Source of the DNA: Sminthopsis crassicaudata
Lineage: Eukaryota
Length of the DNA: 64,000 nucleotides
Assembly: GCF_048593235.1 (NCBI RefSeq)
Contig: NC_133617.1
Span: forward strand, 705,168,958-705,232,957
Reading direction: 5' to 3'
The notes beneath the pieces were generated by a model. The model was not told the DNA's origin and did no database searches. It saw nothing but the letters and a program-made list of their open reading frames with translations. Position 1 is the first letter of the stretch; the number at the start of each line of letters is the position of its first letter. Below, one piece after another: positions 63,798 through 64,000 of the stretch. The translations under genes were made by a program, and so were the position numbers.

Positions 63798-64000
63798 TTG
63801 TTGCTCAGTAATGTCTGATGCTTTGTGACCCCATTTAGGGGTTTTGTGGCAGAGATATTGAAGTGGTTTGTCATTTCCTTCTTTAGCTCATTTTACAGAT
63901 GAGGAAACTGAGGCAAAAAGGCTGAAGTGACTTGTCCAGGGTCACAAGGCTAGTAAGTGTCTGAGACTGGATTTGAACTCTAGAAGATGAGTCTCTCTGA
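63798..64000 (-). mobile_element. Mar1-type CORE-SINE, cut by the window edge
   Basis: ttgttgctcag...tgtgaccccatttagggg...ggtttgtcatttccttc...ttttacagatgaggaaactgaggc. Confidence 0.85.

Noticed and set aside
1-64000. tRNA, rRNA, snRNA genes or nuclear mitochondrial insertions
   Set aside because: None recognised by eye; only degenerate tRNA-derived SINE heads. tRNAscan-SE and Infernal/Rfam searches would be needed to exclude diverged copies.

Overview
This is mammalian, not microbial, DNA. It is an AT-rich, CpG-poor, repeat-dense non-coding stretch (intron or intergenic) from a marsupial, most likely a dasyurid. The taxon is inferred from the repeat content: Mar1-type CORE-SINEs with RTE tails, MIRs, L2, CR1/L3, marsupial L1 3' ends and RTE-like fragments. 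The assembly is a draft with three N gaps. The only ORF I can identify with confidence is the C-terminal third of a young, 5'-truncated LINE-1 ORF2 (53093-54085). The other ORF-track entries are chance, low-complexity, repeat-derived or gap-spanning frames. Structures read directly from the sequence are a TG...CA solo LTR with a 6-bp target-site duplication (54901-55244), three L1 insertions with visible TSDs (one nested in an older L1), hAT-like MITEs, an L2-derived ~35-bp minisatellite (39431-39735) and a 144-bp local duplication (62025/62776). The best leads for unannotated function are a CpG-retaining, coding-like minus-strand frame at 31470-31687, two enhancer-like motif clusters with a GATA/E-box/RUNX/ETS signature (1700-2100 and 15213-15395), and a chain of strong minus-strand non-coding exon candidates. 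I found no CRISPR array, RNA gene or novel biological system that I can support. Repeat family names come from recall of consensus sequences, and boundaries of elements without TSDs are approximate.
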